64,000 bases of DNA, taken from assembly GCA_964016885.1 (NCBI GenBank), contig OZ024740.1, forward strand, positions 219,356,001 to 219,420,000, written 5' to 3'. The first letter of the stretch is position 1. Each line of letters opens with the position of its first letter. Shown here in pieces: positions 1 through 13,742 of the stretch. Under the pieces are notes generated by a model. That model was given only the letters and a program-made list of their open reading frames with translations. It made no database searches and had not been told where the DNA came from. Made by a program: the position numbers and the translations under genes. This stretch comes from Eledone cirrhosa. Lineage: Eukaryota.

Positions 1-705
1 AGGGCAGAATCAGAAACACATTTTTTAAAGAAAAATAACAGGTCCATTCATGATGCTGGCGTTTTTTTAGAAAAGTAAATGATGGAATGCGTCAATCTGA
101 AAGGGAAAAAAACTGTTTTGAATATAGAGCTATACGTGTGTGCATATACATTGTGTGTGTGTGTGATATTATTCATCCATACGAAGCTAAGAGAATATGT
201 AAGTAAAAGAGTGTATGTGTGTGCTTGTAAGTATGAAGCTGTGAGCAAAAGCATGTTAATATAAGAGTGAGCATGTGTATACAGAGCTGTGAAGGGAAAA
301 GTAGAGGTGTGTGTGTATATTTAGTTGGTATGTATCAGCTGTAAGAGTATATGTTTCTGACCATAAGAGAGCCATAGGAATCTAGGGGTGAATGCACAAG
401 TGTGTGTGTGACAACGGACGGAGTAAACGGGACGGTGGCAAGAAGTAGAGAAGTAAGCACGAATGTATATGTGTAATATTAAACAAACTAGCTGGCCCTG
501 TGCCGCCAAAAATAATGGCTGATTGTAATATGTATACATAGTATAAAAAAAGAGATGTTTGTTTGTTGGTTGATTGGTTCCTTCATGCTCACTCACACAA
601 GTGGTACAAACATACATACACAGTCAATGTGTGTAGCCAAATCAATCCACACACAAACACACAGCTGTGATGAATCTTAGAATGCTGGATTCTATAGTTT
701 CTCAG

Positions 706-739
<34 letters not shown>

Positions 740-896
740 TTCCTCAGTCATCACATAGATGTGTGTGTATGTAATAATTATTTTTTCTAAGTGTATCTGT
801 TTATATATATGTATGTGTAGATTCGTGTGTGTTTGTAATTCTATTATCTATGTATCTTTTAAAATAAACACACACAAACACATATACTTACACAAA

Positions 897-1761
897 TCTC
901 TATATATAAAACTGAGGATGTCTGTCTGTGTGTGTGTGAGTTTGAATCCCTAAAACTAGAGAAGCACTCAACCGACTGTTTTCAAACTTTACACATGTAA
1001 TACTTATGTTTCAGGGAGTGTTCTGAGCAAAAAGAATTTTTAATTTTCAATGCCCTAGGGACCACATTAGGCAATTTAGCGATCTCTCTCTATAATTCTT
1101 AGTTTTTCTCTTTTTAGATAGATACATACATACATATAACGCTGCGCCCTTATAATATCTGTCTGTATGTCTGACTGTCTGCATTACGTCAATTCCTACA
1201 ATTCCCTCTCCATCCAGAACGCGCCCTTATAATATGTCTGTGTGTCTGGCTGTCTGCTGCCCGCATTAGGTGAAAAACTTCATTTTTTCAGCTTTTTAGG
1301 GCTATTTTGAGACGTTACGTCTAGCCGATTTTACCAAAATTTCAAGGCATATTATGCACATAAAAAAAATTCATTTTCTTGATCCCCTAGGGCCACATTA
1401 GGTGAAAACCTGCATTTTTCCTGCTTCATCGAGGAAAATCTTAAAGATTATCCAGCCATCAGAGTATTCAGTTTATTTTCTTTACATATTGTCCAGGCAT
1501 GCAGTTTTTCCACGATTAGGTCTGTTGGCGGCCCGCGGACCAAAACACACAAACATACTCATAATGATGACAGCCAAGGTGTGTAGCAAATTTGCAATAC
1601 ATATAGACACACACAGATGTAGCGAATATTGGACGCTGCCACTCCCTTCTTCCTAAATTGACCTTATCACCCTTCCTTTCTCAGTTAATGTTATTACCCC
1701 TTACTTCCTCAGTCATCTCTTGTGACGGACAAATACACAAGCATAATATATATTAGTAGAT
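897..1761. mobile_element. Putative non-autonomous Helitron-like repeat(s)
   Basis: Begins TCTCTATATATAAAACTGAGGATGTCTGTCTG (TC start, TA-rich head, GTCT microsatellite). It has internal duplications (ccctagg..ccacattagg at about 1053 and 1384), and the minus strand at 1761 starts with a similar TCTACTAATATAT head. No hairpin-CTAG 3' end was verified. Confidence 0.4.
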
Positions 1762-1799
1762 TGGATAGGGGAGTTGAGTCCATTGGGGAAACAGGACCC

Positions 1800-2635
1800 A
1801 AGGCGGAAAATGAGACTTTGATCAGTCCTGATGTGTGAGGCCTGTTATCTGTGATGTAAAAGGACACCAAGGACTGGGATATATAGGGAAGAGTGACCTG
1901 GAGAACGGAAATGACGGACGATGGGAGTATCTATACCGAATTGTATGTCCCTCAAATGTTCAGCAAAGAGTCTGCCAAATAGCGTCCATTTGTCCAATGT
2001 ATAAGGACCCGTAAAAGGAACACCAGAGGGCATAGACTACCTGGGTGGAGGTGCAGGTGAATGAGTAGTGGATATGGAATGAACCGTTTGGGGCCTGTGA
2101 GAGTGGCGAGGTTGGAAATGTAAGGACAGGTGTTACAGCAGGGACGAGAACAAGGATGAGAGCCAGGTGGAGTCGTAGGAGACAAACAGAAGGAACTGTG
2201 TACCAGGAGGTCATGGAGATTATGGGTGTGCTTAAACACGTGATATGTGGGTTAGGAAAAAAGTGAGAAGTGACGGGGTCAGAAGCGAGAGTGCGGAAGA
2301 AACGGAGAATATGTCGCCGGAGAGATAGGTGAGAGGGAAAGAAAAGCAGGTGTGGGGAGGGTGGTGGTGGGGTGAGAGGGATGTGGTATTTCACGGGCAT
2401 GGGTGAGAGTAACTTGGATCTAGGTGGAGGGATATCCACGCTGGATAAAGTGGGAGGCCATACGAAGGGAATGTGTTTCAAAATCGTGTTCCTGGCTACA
2501 GAGCCAACAGAGACAGAGGAATTGGGAGTAGGGTATGGAGAGTTTGGTGTGGGTGGGATGGGAGGAGGTGAAGTCGATGTAAGAGTGGGAGTCAGTTATA
2601 TATATTCCCAATGTATATCAGGAAGTGACCACAGT
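1800..2635 (-). pseudogene. Decayed Penelope-like element, RT thumb plus GIY-YIG endonuclease (Neptune-like)
   Basis: Frameshifted pieces: TDSHSYIDFTSSHPTHTKLSIPYSQFL..QRGYP (thumb), PCSRPCCNTC (linker), FTCTSTQVVYALWC..LYIGQ and RLFAEHLRDI..VRHF (GIY-YIG with CCHH). Confidence 0.8.
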
Positions 2636-2789
2636 TAAAAAATGTACTCAATATATTTGTAGAGTATAGGCATCTTTATTTTATTATAGAAATGACTTAT
2701 ACACAACTAGAACTAATTCTTTCGTAAGAAACCATACTGAAGCTGACTAAAATTGGCTGACTTTCCTGATGATTTCTTATATAATAAAA

Positions 2790-2848
<59 letters not shown>

Positions 2849-3044
2849 AAACATAAATTATCGAGATTCGCATTCCGACCCACGAAATAACGAAAAACAA
2901 CCTCCGAGATGTGAGGCAAGTGCTCAATGATTCAGATGAACCAGAGCTATAACAAACGTTAAACGCCAAACACACTGAGACGATGGTTAAACAATCATTC
3001 GCATAGCCAAAAAAACGATCAAGTAATTCGGGTATTGAACCCAA

Positions 3045-3487
3045 ATGAAATGGACCTCATGACAGCATTGAGTGCTTCAAATGGTGCACCGCCTGTAACT
3101 AACATATATATATATATATAATGAAATGGACCTCATAACAGCATTGAGTGCTTCAAATGGTGCACCGCCTGTAACTAACATATATATATATATATAATGA
3201 AATGGACCTCATGACAGCATTGAGTGCTTCAAATGGTGCACCGCCTGTAACTAACATATATATATATATATAATGAAATGGACCTCATGACAGCATTGAG
3301 TGCTTCAAATGGTGCACCGCCTGTAACTAACATATATATATATATATAATGAAATGGACCTCATAACAGCATTGAGTGCTTCAAATGGTGCACCGCCTGT
3401 AACTAACATATATATATATATGTTAGTTACAGGCGGTGCACCATTTGAAGCACTCAATGCTGTTATGAGGTCCATTTCATTTGGGTT
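3045..3487. repeat. Five tandem 76-bp units followed by one inverted unit
   Basis: The unit atgaaatggacctcat...gtaactaac(AT)n starts at 3045, 3121, 3197, 3273 and 3349; its reverse complement is at 3421-3487. Confidence 0.95.
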
Positions 3488-3697
3488 GTATTCCAGTGTT
3501 AAGGCTATAGTGTGCAGAGTATAAATAGATTTAGATGTGTCTTGGCACATATAAGCTCGTATATTTGACGAGAAGAAGAAAAAAGTCAAGCCCTGTCCTG
3601 TGACCTTGATTGTACTCTGAGCTCACAATATCAAAATAATTGTAATATACAAATAAAGTATGTACATATACTGCAACACTGACTTCGACTCCTTTAA

Positions 3698-3728
<31 letters not shown>

Positions 3729-3743
3729 CACACATATATATAT

Positions 3744-3870
3744 ATATGAAAAGATTCAGGACCCTAACAGCTAAGTACCGACTGTTTCGACAGCTAGATC
3801 TGAACTAAATTCAGATCTAGCTGTCAAAACGGCCGGAGCTCAGCCGTCAGGGTCCTGAATCTTTTCATAT
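3744..3870. repeat. 127-bp imperfect palindrome (fold-back) in a (TA)n-flanked element
   Basis: atatgaaaagattcaggaccct...gacagctagatctgaa ctaaa ttcagatctagctgtc...agggtcctgaatcttttcatat. Confidence 0.9.
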
Positions 3871-3970
3871 TACCCACTCTACTACCCCAAGTATCGAGTA
3901 CTCTGGTGCATTATGGTCCACCCGGTATCTTACCACACCCTATTTGTTATATATATATATTTATATATTT

Positions 3971-3971
<1 letters not shown>

Positions 3972-4003
<32 letters not shown>

Positions 4004-6680
4004 GTTTAACGTCCATCTTCCATGCTTGCATGGGTTTGGACGGGAATTTTCCCACTTGAGGCAAGAGTGGTTGTCCTGCTCGTATAGGACTGCCTGGCGG
4101 GTTTTCTACGGCTGGATGCCCTTCCTAACACCAACCAAGTTTACAGTGTGGACTGGGAGGTTTTTACCGTGTTACCTACACGGCCACATTACAGCGTGGA
4201 CTGTGTTTTTTTTGTTGTGACACCTACACAACCTCATTTATTTAGGACTGGATGTTGTGGTACCAACATAACTTTACATTGAAAGGGGTGGTGTGGATGA
4301 GGTGGGGTTAGTGGGACGGGGATGTATTTTTGTTAGAGGTGCCTACTGACTGTAGGTTTCGCTTTGTACTTAGGCAAGGCAGGTTTTCTGTATTACTGTG
4401 TAGTGCCAAAGATCTCGGTCCAGTGACATTGTCTTGGTGAGGTCGGAATTTATCAAGTCGTCCCAGGTTTTTCTGGGTCTGCCTACTCCGTGGCTACCGT
4501 CTATTTTTATCGCCCTGCACTTTTTTATACAGCTGTCGTCTTTCATGCGCATCACGTGGCCATACCAACGTAGTCTTCTCTCGAGTAAACAACATCTGAT
4601 CCCTCTTATTTCTAATTTCTCCCTTAGTTCGTTTATGCTTTGCCGTTCACGTATATTACTATTACACATCCAGCCGAGCATGCAAGCTTCGTTCCTCTCC
4701 AGTCTGCGTATATCCTCTGCACACAATGCCCAGGTCTCACTGCCATGCAACATTGCTGTTCGTATGCAGACATCTTACAGCCTGCCTTTCATTTTTAGAG
4801 AGAACCCTTTAGCGGCCAATAGTGGTATAAGCTCTCTGAACTTTTTCCATCCCGTTCGGACTCTAGCTACTGTACTTTTAGAGCACCCTCCACCACTGCT
4901 GATTTTGTCACCCAGGTAACGGAAACTGTCCACTATTTCTATAGAACCATCTGTGCAATGGAATGAGCTAGTATTCTGTGGGCACTTGCTGCTACTTATT
5001 TCACCTGAGCACCGGCCACATATAACATCTATATTCTTAGTTAGCTTACCTGTGATCCCACTATATCTTTTATGCACCCATACTTTGCATTTGGGACATA
5101 AAATGGAGTTTCTGCCTACTCCTTTCCTACACACTGAGCATGGCCATGTTCCAGATGGGACCGGTGCCCTATTTTCCTTCCTACAAACTAGAACTTTAGT
5201 TTTAGACAGGTTAATTTTAAGGCCTTTTGATTCTAGGCCGTGCTTCCATGTTTGGAATTTATTTTCTAGTTCAGCCATTCATTCAGCTATGAGCATTAGA
5301 TCATCTGCGTATAGGAGTTCTCATGGGCAGCCGGTCTTGAACTCCTCTGTTATAGCCTGAAGGGCAATAATAAATAGTAGGGGCTAAGAATGGAGACCTG
5401 ATGAACACCAACTTTTACGCTAAACTCTTCACTATATTCGTTGTCAATTCTAACCTTGCTAACTGTTTCTTTATACATGGCTTGTATAGATCTCACAAGC
5501 CATTCATCAACACCTAGTATGACTTGGTTTACTATCCGGGTGACCATAGTGTGTCCCACCATTCCAGATGCTTTCAGCATTTCAGCAACTATTTCCGAAG
5601 GCCCAGCCACCTTACCCATCTTCATATCTTTGATTGCCTTACTTATTATACTACTTTCAACTTGCACTGCTGGTCCCTCTATTGGATTGATGTGGGGGAG
5701 ACTGTCTTTCTCCCATTTATTCTCCTCATTTAGTAGCCTTTCGTAGTGACACTTCCAAGCTACCTTCTTATCAGCGTCAGTGATGGCAAGTACACCATCA
5801 TCATTCAAGTCACACTTCTCCCCGACAATATCACGGTTTTCCTTGACACATTGCCTAGCAATCCTGAACACCTCACGTTTTTGGTCCTCGCGTTGTAGAA
5901 CATGCTTGAACTTTCTTTCCTCTGCTTCCCTTCTTGCGAAGTACACTTGTCTCCTAGCTTCCCTCCTGGCCACTTGATAGTCTTCTCTACTTCCCCCCTC
6001 CCGCCATACTTTCCAAGCCTGCTTTTTGGTCTTAATTGACTCCTCCACCTTACTGTTCCACCACCACGTTACTCTCCTCCTGCCTATAGGCCTGCTCCAG
6101 CCACATACTTCATCTGCCGCCTTCAGCAGTTTAGCTTTCAGGAATTCCCACTGTTCCTCTATATTGTACGACTCTAATTGCTCTTCCTTACTGTCAAAAG
6201 CATCAAGTAATATGCTTTTAAATTTATTACTGGCTGTGGGGTCCTTTAGCTTCCATATTTTTCTCCTTAGGGTAGTCCTCCTCTGTTGTCGAGTACGTCT
6301 TTTCCTGACTATGAGGTCACTGACTATGAGTCTATGTTGGGAGGTGCATTCTTCATGGGGGAGGTATTTAGTGTTTACAACAGACACTCTATCATGTCTT
6401 CTGGTAAGGATATAATCTATCTGACTACTGTGTTCCCCTGATCTATAGGTGATCAAGCGATTGTCTCGTTTTTTGAAGTTAGTGTTACAGATAGTTAGGT
6501 TATTTGCGTCACAGAATTGCAGGATTCTGAAGCTTCCTCATTTCTAGTACCAAACCCATAGCCTCCATGGATTCCGTCATAGCCATCACAATGTTGTCCA
6601 ATGTGACCATTTAGGTTGCCAGCAATAATTATGTAGTCACTGTCGGTTATTTGGGAGATAGTGAGCATCAATGTCTCATA
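3972..6680 (-). mobile_element. 5'-truncated, internally deleted RTE LINE (family A)
   Basis: ORF pieces 6495-6776, 5350-6456, 4775-5278 and 4370-4753 are colinear with the 1024-aa ORF. It has a 3' UTR and (GAT)n tail at about 3972-4000, and an RT segment is missing at IVNQV|ILGVDEW. Confidence 0.95.
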
Positions 6681-6793
6681 TATATACACATATATAAAGA
6701 TGTCAACATGAATGGACCTGTTATTTTTATCTAAAGACATTTTTTCCAATTTCAACCCGCCCGTCCTTTCAATCAATCTAATTTCTCATTCTT

Positions 6794-6829
6794 TCTTCTG
6801 ATGAAGGACTAGCGTCTGAAACGTTAAGA
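6794..6829 (+). ncRNA. Minimal type I hammerhead ribozyme motif (PLE pLTR-type)
   Basis: tctt CTGATGA a ggac tagc gtct GAAA CG TT aaga: stem I tctt/aaga, stem II ggac/gtct, palindromic AACGTT stem III. Confidence 0.75.
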
Positions 6830-6924
6830 TCCTCTTCCTGCTATTTCAAGTATTAACCTAATATATTCCTTCCATATACTGTACTGATTGTGTTGTTATT
6901 TCTGTTTACCTTTTATATACATAG

Positions 6925-6949
<25 letters not shown>

Positions 6950-6956
<7 letters not shown>

Positions 6957-9170
6957 AGAAAGATCGAGTATCGAAAAATCGGCGCACGAGTTCACGAAAA
7001 ACGAAATTCGATATGAGCGGCAGAGGGCTCAATAATTCAGATGAATCAGAGCTATAACTATCGTTAAAATACCGTCACATATAGAACAAGTCCACAATCA
7101 ACCATACGATTTAAAATCGATAAAGGAAGATTCGGGCCAAACAGATAAAAAATATCAATAAAACAATACGTCAATAATTTAAATGAATGTAAAATCATAC
7201 CCGGACCCACTAGAAAGGTGTTAAATCTAGCTTCATGGGTTTCTGTAAATCCTTAGACTGTACTCTATCAGCTCACATATAAATATAAAAGCCTACTAGA
7301 ATAAGTGGAACGGAGTTTACGTTGTCAACGAGTTTTTTCCTGGCGGCAGAGGAGTCAACTAGCGGTGAAAAACGCACATGGCATTAGACAAGGGAGATGA
7401 CCCCTATATCCGCGAAAACAATTCGAGTGAATGTGGAAATACACATATCGAATTAGAGTGCTCAATAGACATGTTAAAATAAAACAAAAGCTATTCATCA
7501 CTCAATAGAATCGACAAAAAATGAGCAATAAAATTAACTGGTGGATAGCTATGTCCAGAGCTAAATATATTAGAAAGATCGAGTATCGAAAAATCGGCGC
7601 ACGAGTTCACGAAAAACGAAATTCGATATGAGCGGCAGAGGGCTCAATAATTCAGATGAATCAGAGCTATAACTATCGTTAAAATACCGTCACATATAGA
7701 ACAAGTCCACAATCAACCATACGATTTAAAATCGATAAAGGAAGATTCGGGCCAAACAGATAAAAAATATCAATAAAACAATACGTCAATAATTTAAATG
7801 AATGTAAAATCATACCCGGACCCACTAGAAAGGTGTTAAATCTAGCTTCATGGGTTTCTGTAAATCCTTAGACTGTACTCTATCAGCTCACATATAAATA
7901 TAAAAGCCTACTAGAATAAGTGGAACGGAGTTTACGTTGTCAACGAGTTTTTTCCTGGCGGCAGAGGAGTCAACTAGCGGTGAAAAACGCACATGGCATT
8001 AGACAAGGGAGATGACCCCTATATCCGCGAAAACAATTCGAGTGAATGTGGAAATACACATATCGAATTAGAGTGCTCAATAGACATGTTAAAATAAAAC
8101 AAAAGCTATTCATCACTCAATAGAATCGACAAAAAATGAGCAATAAAATTAACTGGTGGATAGCTATGTCCAGAGCTAAATATATTAGAAAGATCGAGTA
8201 TCGAAAAATCGGCGCACGAGTTCACGAAAAACGAAATTCGATATGAGCGGCAGAGGGCTCAATAATTCAGATGAATCAGAGCTATAACTATCGTTAAAAT
8301 ACCGTCACATATAGAACAAGTCCACAATCAACCATACGATTTAAAATCGATAAAGGAAGATTCGGGCCAAACAGATAAAAAATATCAATAAAACAATACG
8401 TCAATAATTTAAATGAATGTAAAATCATACCCGGACCCACTAGAAAGGTGTTAAATCTAGCTTCATGGGTTTCTGTAAATCCTTAGACTGTACTCTATCA
8501 GCTCACATATAAATATAAAAGCCTACTAGAATAAGTGGAACGGAGTTTACGTTGTCAACGAGTTTTTTCCTGGCGGCAGAGGAGTCAACTAGCGGTGAAA
8601 AACGCACATGGCATTAGACAAGGGAGATGACCCCTATATCCGCGAAAACAATTCGAGTGAATGTGGAAATACACATATCGAATTAGAGTGCTCAATAGAC
8701 ATGTTAAAATAAAACAAAAGCTATTCATCACTCAATAGAATCGACAAAAAATGAGCAATAAAATTAACTGGTGGATAGCTATGTCCAGAGCTAAATATAT
8801 TAGAAAGATCGAGTATCGAAAAATCGGCGCACGAGTTCACGAAAAACGAAATTCGATATGAGCGGCAGAGGGCTCAATAATTCAGATGAATCAGAGCTAT
8901 AACTATCGTTAAAATACCGTCACATATAGAACAAGTCCACAATCAACCATACGATTTAAAATCGATAAAGGAAGATTCGGGCCAAACAGATAAAAAATAT
9001 CAATAAAACAATACGTCAATAATTTAAATGAATGTAAAATCATACCCGGACCCACTAGAAAGGTGTTAAATCTAGCTTCATGGGTTTCTGTAAATCCTTA
9101 GACTGTACTCTATCAGCTCACATATAAATATAAAAGCCTACTAGAATAAGTGGAACGGAGTTTACGTTGT
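6950..9170. repeat. Tandem array, 615-bp unit, about 3.6 copies
   Basis: agatcgagtatcg recurs at 6961, 7576, 8191 and 8806. The copies look identical by eye. Confidence 0.95.
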
Positions 9171-9265
9171 TCTAAAAAATCTATACACACTTCTTCAACA
9201 TCATTCTAATAAATATTGCCTGTACAGGTAATCAAAGTGTGTATACATTTTTTGGAGACACCCTG

Positions 9266-9267
<2 letters not shown>
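9171..9267. mobile_element. Tc1/mariner-type MITE, left TIR truncated
   Basis: Right end gtgtgtatacattttttggagacaccctgTA; inverted remnant aaaaaatctatacacac at 9174. Confidence 0.6.
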
Positions 9268-9298
<31 letters not shown>

Positions 9299-9319
9299 GT
9301 GTGTGTGTGTATGCATCAC

Positions 9320-9710
9320 CAGTGGCCTTTCCAACAGAGTCATCAGGTTACATTCCTTCATACTCCTAGACATGCAATGATGATGGGTCCTCCATCTGTT
9401 TCAATGATGAGTATTCCAACTCATAAATTAGCATGCAAGTGGTTGAATATTCAACAGTTATGTGTACTTACAGTGTAATTCTCATACAGACCCAGCATGA
9501 CATAATATGTAACAAAGCTGGAGCTTCAAATAACAGGTACAGTTAATCTGACCGTTATCTACACTGTGTCCATCTACTCAGTTTTACTCACAAAGCCTGG
9601 GCTGACCCAAGGCTATGGTAAAGACACTTGTTCAAGATTTCACACAATTGGTTCCAACCCCAGACTTCATGATTGTGGAGCAAACATTTTAACCACTCAG
9701 CCATGCCTGT
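9320..9710 (-). mobile_element. Old tRNA-derived SINE (family also near 22090, 29010 and 31460)
   Basis: Minus-strand head caggcatggctgagtggttaa (A box) followed by a cttgaacaagtgtcttt..tagccttgggtcagc body shared by the other copies. Confidence 0.6.
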
Positions 9711-12189
9711 ACCCACCCACCCACATGTAACACACATGAACGACTCATAAAGAGTGAAAAAATGACAAAATATGGCCATGGAAGATGAGAGTGTCAGTTC
9801 TAAAAAGACCCATGAGAAAATGATAGAATTTTATCAGAAAATGTTAGGCCTCACAGACAATATGACATGAAATTAAAATGAATAGACATATGCTGTTTTT
9901 CAAAGCCATCCTAGCCTAGCCAACATAAAGAAAACATTGATTATTTGCATACATTTTCCCATGATCTCTCAGCTTGATAGATTTCCGAATTCAGATATGT
10001 TTGTGAATTATTGGACTAAATATTTTACTACTGATGGATGGTATCTTTGCTGAAGCAAGAAATTGAGACAAGCAGAGTTGTTATTATTTAGTTCCATGTC
10101 AATACTAATCGAGAAAACCTATCTTTGAAAACATCCCACCCATGACCACCTTATCATATGTTTCTTTCAGGCATGGTGTACATTGATGTGTATTGTATTT
10201 ATCCTCATCATTTTGCATCCTCTTTTTCATGCTCTCATGGATTATACAGGTCATTAGAGACCAAACCACTACTTAATTTGAGCAACTGTCTTCCTAAATT
10301 CCTAAACAAGCTGGGGTCTCACATTTTGCTGACAAACATTCCAGTTTTAACATGCTTTCTACAACTGGAGGCTCTTCTTAATGCTAATCACTTTACAAAG
10401 TGTGATGGGTGCATTTTATTATTGCACCAATACCGGAGAGTTTGTCATCAACTTGACACAACAGAAGAGTTTTCTCAACACATTTTTGACATTGTTTCTA
10501 CATTTCATGCCTTTCCTAATGTTCAGCACTTTACAGAATTTACTGGATGCTTTTTACCATTGCACCAATACTAGAGAGGTTGTCATACCTTTGATGCAAA
10601 TCAAGAACCCTCTCAACCCTCTCATGGTTTCTATGACTAGATGCTCTCCCTAATGCCAACCATTTTACTGAGTATACTGGATGTATTCAGGTGTTTCTTT
10701 TAAATTTAGTTAGATGTGAGTTGAGGATCAGTGACTATGTAGATCATAGCCTTCTAAACTTTTCACATTGAGAACACACTTTTTAAAATGTCATATGTTG
10801 TGATACCTTAATTAAGATTTTTAGCAACAGGAAATTATCAAAATTAATGGTTAAACAATTAAATATCATATCAAATTGGCTCTAAGGGGGATTGCTGACC
10901 CCTGTCCCATTGAGCAAGAGTAAAGAAGATCACTTGCCACTAGTCATATGTTGAATTGTGTGCAGAGTTATCAAATCTCAAATATAATTCACTCTCAAAT
11001 ATTTGATTTAATTTCTGACACAGCTAGAGGTTATTGGTAGCCCACTAAAGTGCTACAAAACATTGTTTGAAACTTCTGGACTAGAGGTTCCCTTACTGAC
11101 AGAGAAGCAGAATAATATGCCTCATTAAAGGGCATAGAGTCTTTGATTTCAGCACTTTAACTAGTTCATCTATGAACACATAAAACATTTATGAATATTT
11201 ATTTTCATGACTGTGGTAAAGATAACTAAGTACACCTTAATCAAACATCATTGAAAGGTTATATAATACTTTATACTTATAAAGCCTAACAATTTGGTAT
11301 ACATTATCATAAACAAAAGGTTCATCCAATTAAATAACTTGTGGTATCTGTTCTCTACACTCTGAGTTCAAATCCTGATGAAGTCAACTTTGTCTTTCAT
11401 TTTTTGGAGTTGATGAAATAAAGTATCAATCCAGGGCAGTGGTTTGGCAGAAGGAAGTGTCAGAGTTTCAAATGAGATACCCTGTTGCATTTATTCCACT
11501 TGGTTGTATTCATCATCATCATCATTACTGTTTAACATCCATTCTTTCATGCTAACATGGGTTAGACGAGTTGTCCTATTGTGAAACAAGTCAGGCCAGG
11601 TGACTGTGTCTTGCTCATTCAGAATTGTTTCTGGCTTGGTTTCTACTGCTGGATGCCCTTCCTAAGGCCAACCACATTTACAGTGTGGATTAGGTGCTTT
11701 TTATTGTGGCATCAAAACGACCACTTTACAGTGTGGACTGGGTGCTTTTTATTGTGACACCAACATGACCACTTTACAGTGTGAACTGGGTGCTTAACCA
11801 AAATTCAACTGTAGCCTACTTGAGTGGTAGATTTAATTCATTAAATGAATTAACACCACCACCTTGCCCTTGGGTAATTTTAGTAGAGTCTATTCTGTTG
11901 AAAAACATTTGGATCAGGTCTCTGGTTTGAGGATACCTTTCTTCCTCCCACTAGTCAAATAGGTCTTGAAAAAAGGGTCATAACCACTGTCCTCTTCCTC
12001 TTGACTAAACAGTGAAAGAAAAACTAAAACCCATAAACAATTTCAGGAATGATTAATCGTTTTGATACTGAACGACTCTTGATTCAATGATACAAAGCTG
12101 TTTATTTTGTATTTCTTATATTTCTTATAAAAACCTTCCAACATAATTTTTTGTAAGAATTTTTGTTATGTTCCAAACACAATCTTAAT

Positions 12190-12400
12190 GATGGTTTCTG
12201 ATTTAGGCACAAAACCAACACTTTTGGGGGAGGGGAAAGTTGATTAAATCGACCCAAGTGTATTACTAGCACTTTATTTTATTGACTCCGTAAGAATGAA
12301 AGGCAAAGTTAACCTTGGCGAGATTTGAACTCGGGATGTAAAGGGCCATAAACTCTATACTGCCAAGCATGTTGTCCGACACTCTACCAATACTGCCAAA
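12190..12400 (-). mobile_element. SINE family with ttcaaat..aactttgcctttcat core (other copies near 11340, 13490, 17100-17325, 49075, 50440, 58665, 58850)
   Basis: Recurrent B-box-like gagttcaaat followed by ctttgcctttcatcc..gtcgataaaataaagtacc in at least eight diverged copies. Confidence 0.65.
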
Positions 12401-13742
12401 CAACTGCCCTATCTTAATAATGTTTGTCATATTACTAATGTTCTCCAAAATTCTTGATTATTTTCAAAATGATTTGGAAATTATAGGCAGAGTGTTTTAT
12501 TAGAAGTATGGTAATGAAAGGCTTAAAAATAAAAAAATAAAATGGTTTGGTAAATTGTGTATATCGTCATTAGCTGGCATTAATAAGTACCTTTTGGTTT
12601 TCAAGTAGAAAATGAAAGTTAATTAATATTCAGAAAAAAGACAATTGAACATTATTGATTTCTTACAATGTCTCTGGTTCGTAACAATAAATACAGATAT
12701 AAAATATGGTGTACTCTGTATTAGCATACACAAATTTAAGCAGGCAGCTATCTATATTCTATAGATAACAATATGCAAATGAGTACATTTATAACAACAA
12801 ATAAGTACATCCACCAAACTGTTATTAGAGAGAAGAAAAAAAAGAAAATTACAAAACACTGTAACAACCACTGAAAGTTTTTTGTGAAAAAAGAATAGAA
12901 AAATATATAGAAAACTATCCAGACAGGATTGTTAGGAGAAAATAATGTCTCTTTATTATGTGTCCAAATGTCAGGATTTGAGAAGAAAATAATGTATCTT
13001 TATCTGTCTAAATATTGCAAATATATCTAAATATTGTTATTAGATATAAAAAAATAAGAATTAAGAACTAACTGATAGAGGTAAAACATGTAGAAAATGC
13101 AAACAAAAGCTATTTCTACTGTAGAAGCTTTAAGTACAGCTAAAAAAATAACACTAACAATAAAGAAAAAAAAAACAGCAACAGTATTTAGACACATTAC
13201 AATAAATAGCATTCCACATAAGGCCATTAACATATATTGAATGTATCAAATACACTTTGGCAAGACAATGTTATATGTACTTAAGACACATGAAATTGAG
13301 CTAGATATTAAAGAATTTAACCCTTTTGTTAAATATCCAGGTTTCTCATTATCAGATTGGTGTTTGGAATATAACTTAACAAAGGTTTTTACATGAAATT
13401 ATGATGGTATAATTTATAGATAAATTCCAACACTTTAAAAGATGGTGAATATGTCATTAGAACATCAAATAAATTCCTTTGTGGTATTTGTTCTGGCTCT
13501 TTGCAGTCTCAGTGTTCAAATCCTGCTGAATTCAACTTTGCCTTTCATCCTTTCAAGTTCAATAAAAAGGTATCAGTCCAGTATTGGAGTAAATTCTTTC
13601 TCTATATCTCTTTTTCTTTTCCTCTCTATCACTCTCTCTCTCTCTCCTCCCTGGAAGAAATCAGTTATGTTCATTCAGACTTGGTGAGGGATGGGCTCCA
13701 CCAAGTTTTAAATGCCCAAGACTCTATCAGGAGTTATGTGTC

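Noticed and set aside
706-737. Functional poly-C / G-quadruplex element
   Set aside because: A simple homopolymer with unreliable length and no supporting context.
2700-2785. Complete hammerhead
   Set aside because: The minus strand has a long stem followed by GAAAGAATTA but no upstream CTGANGA; the CTGATGA present is on the other strand. At best a truncated remnant.
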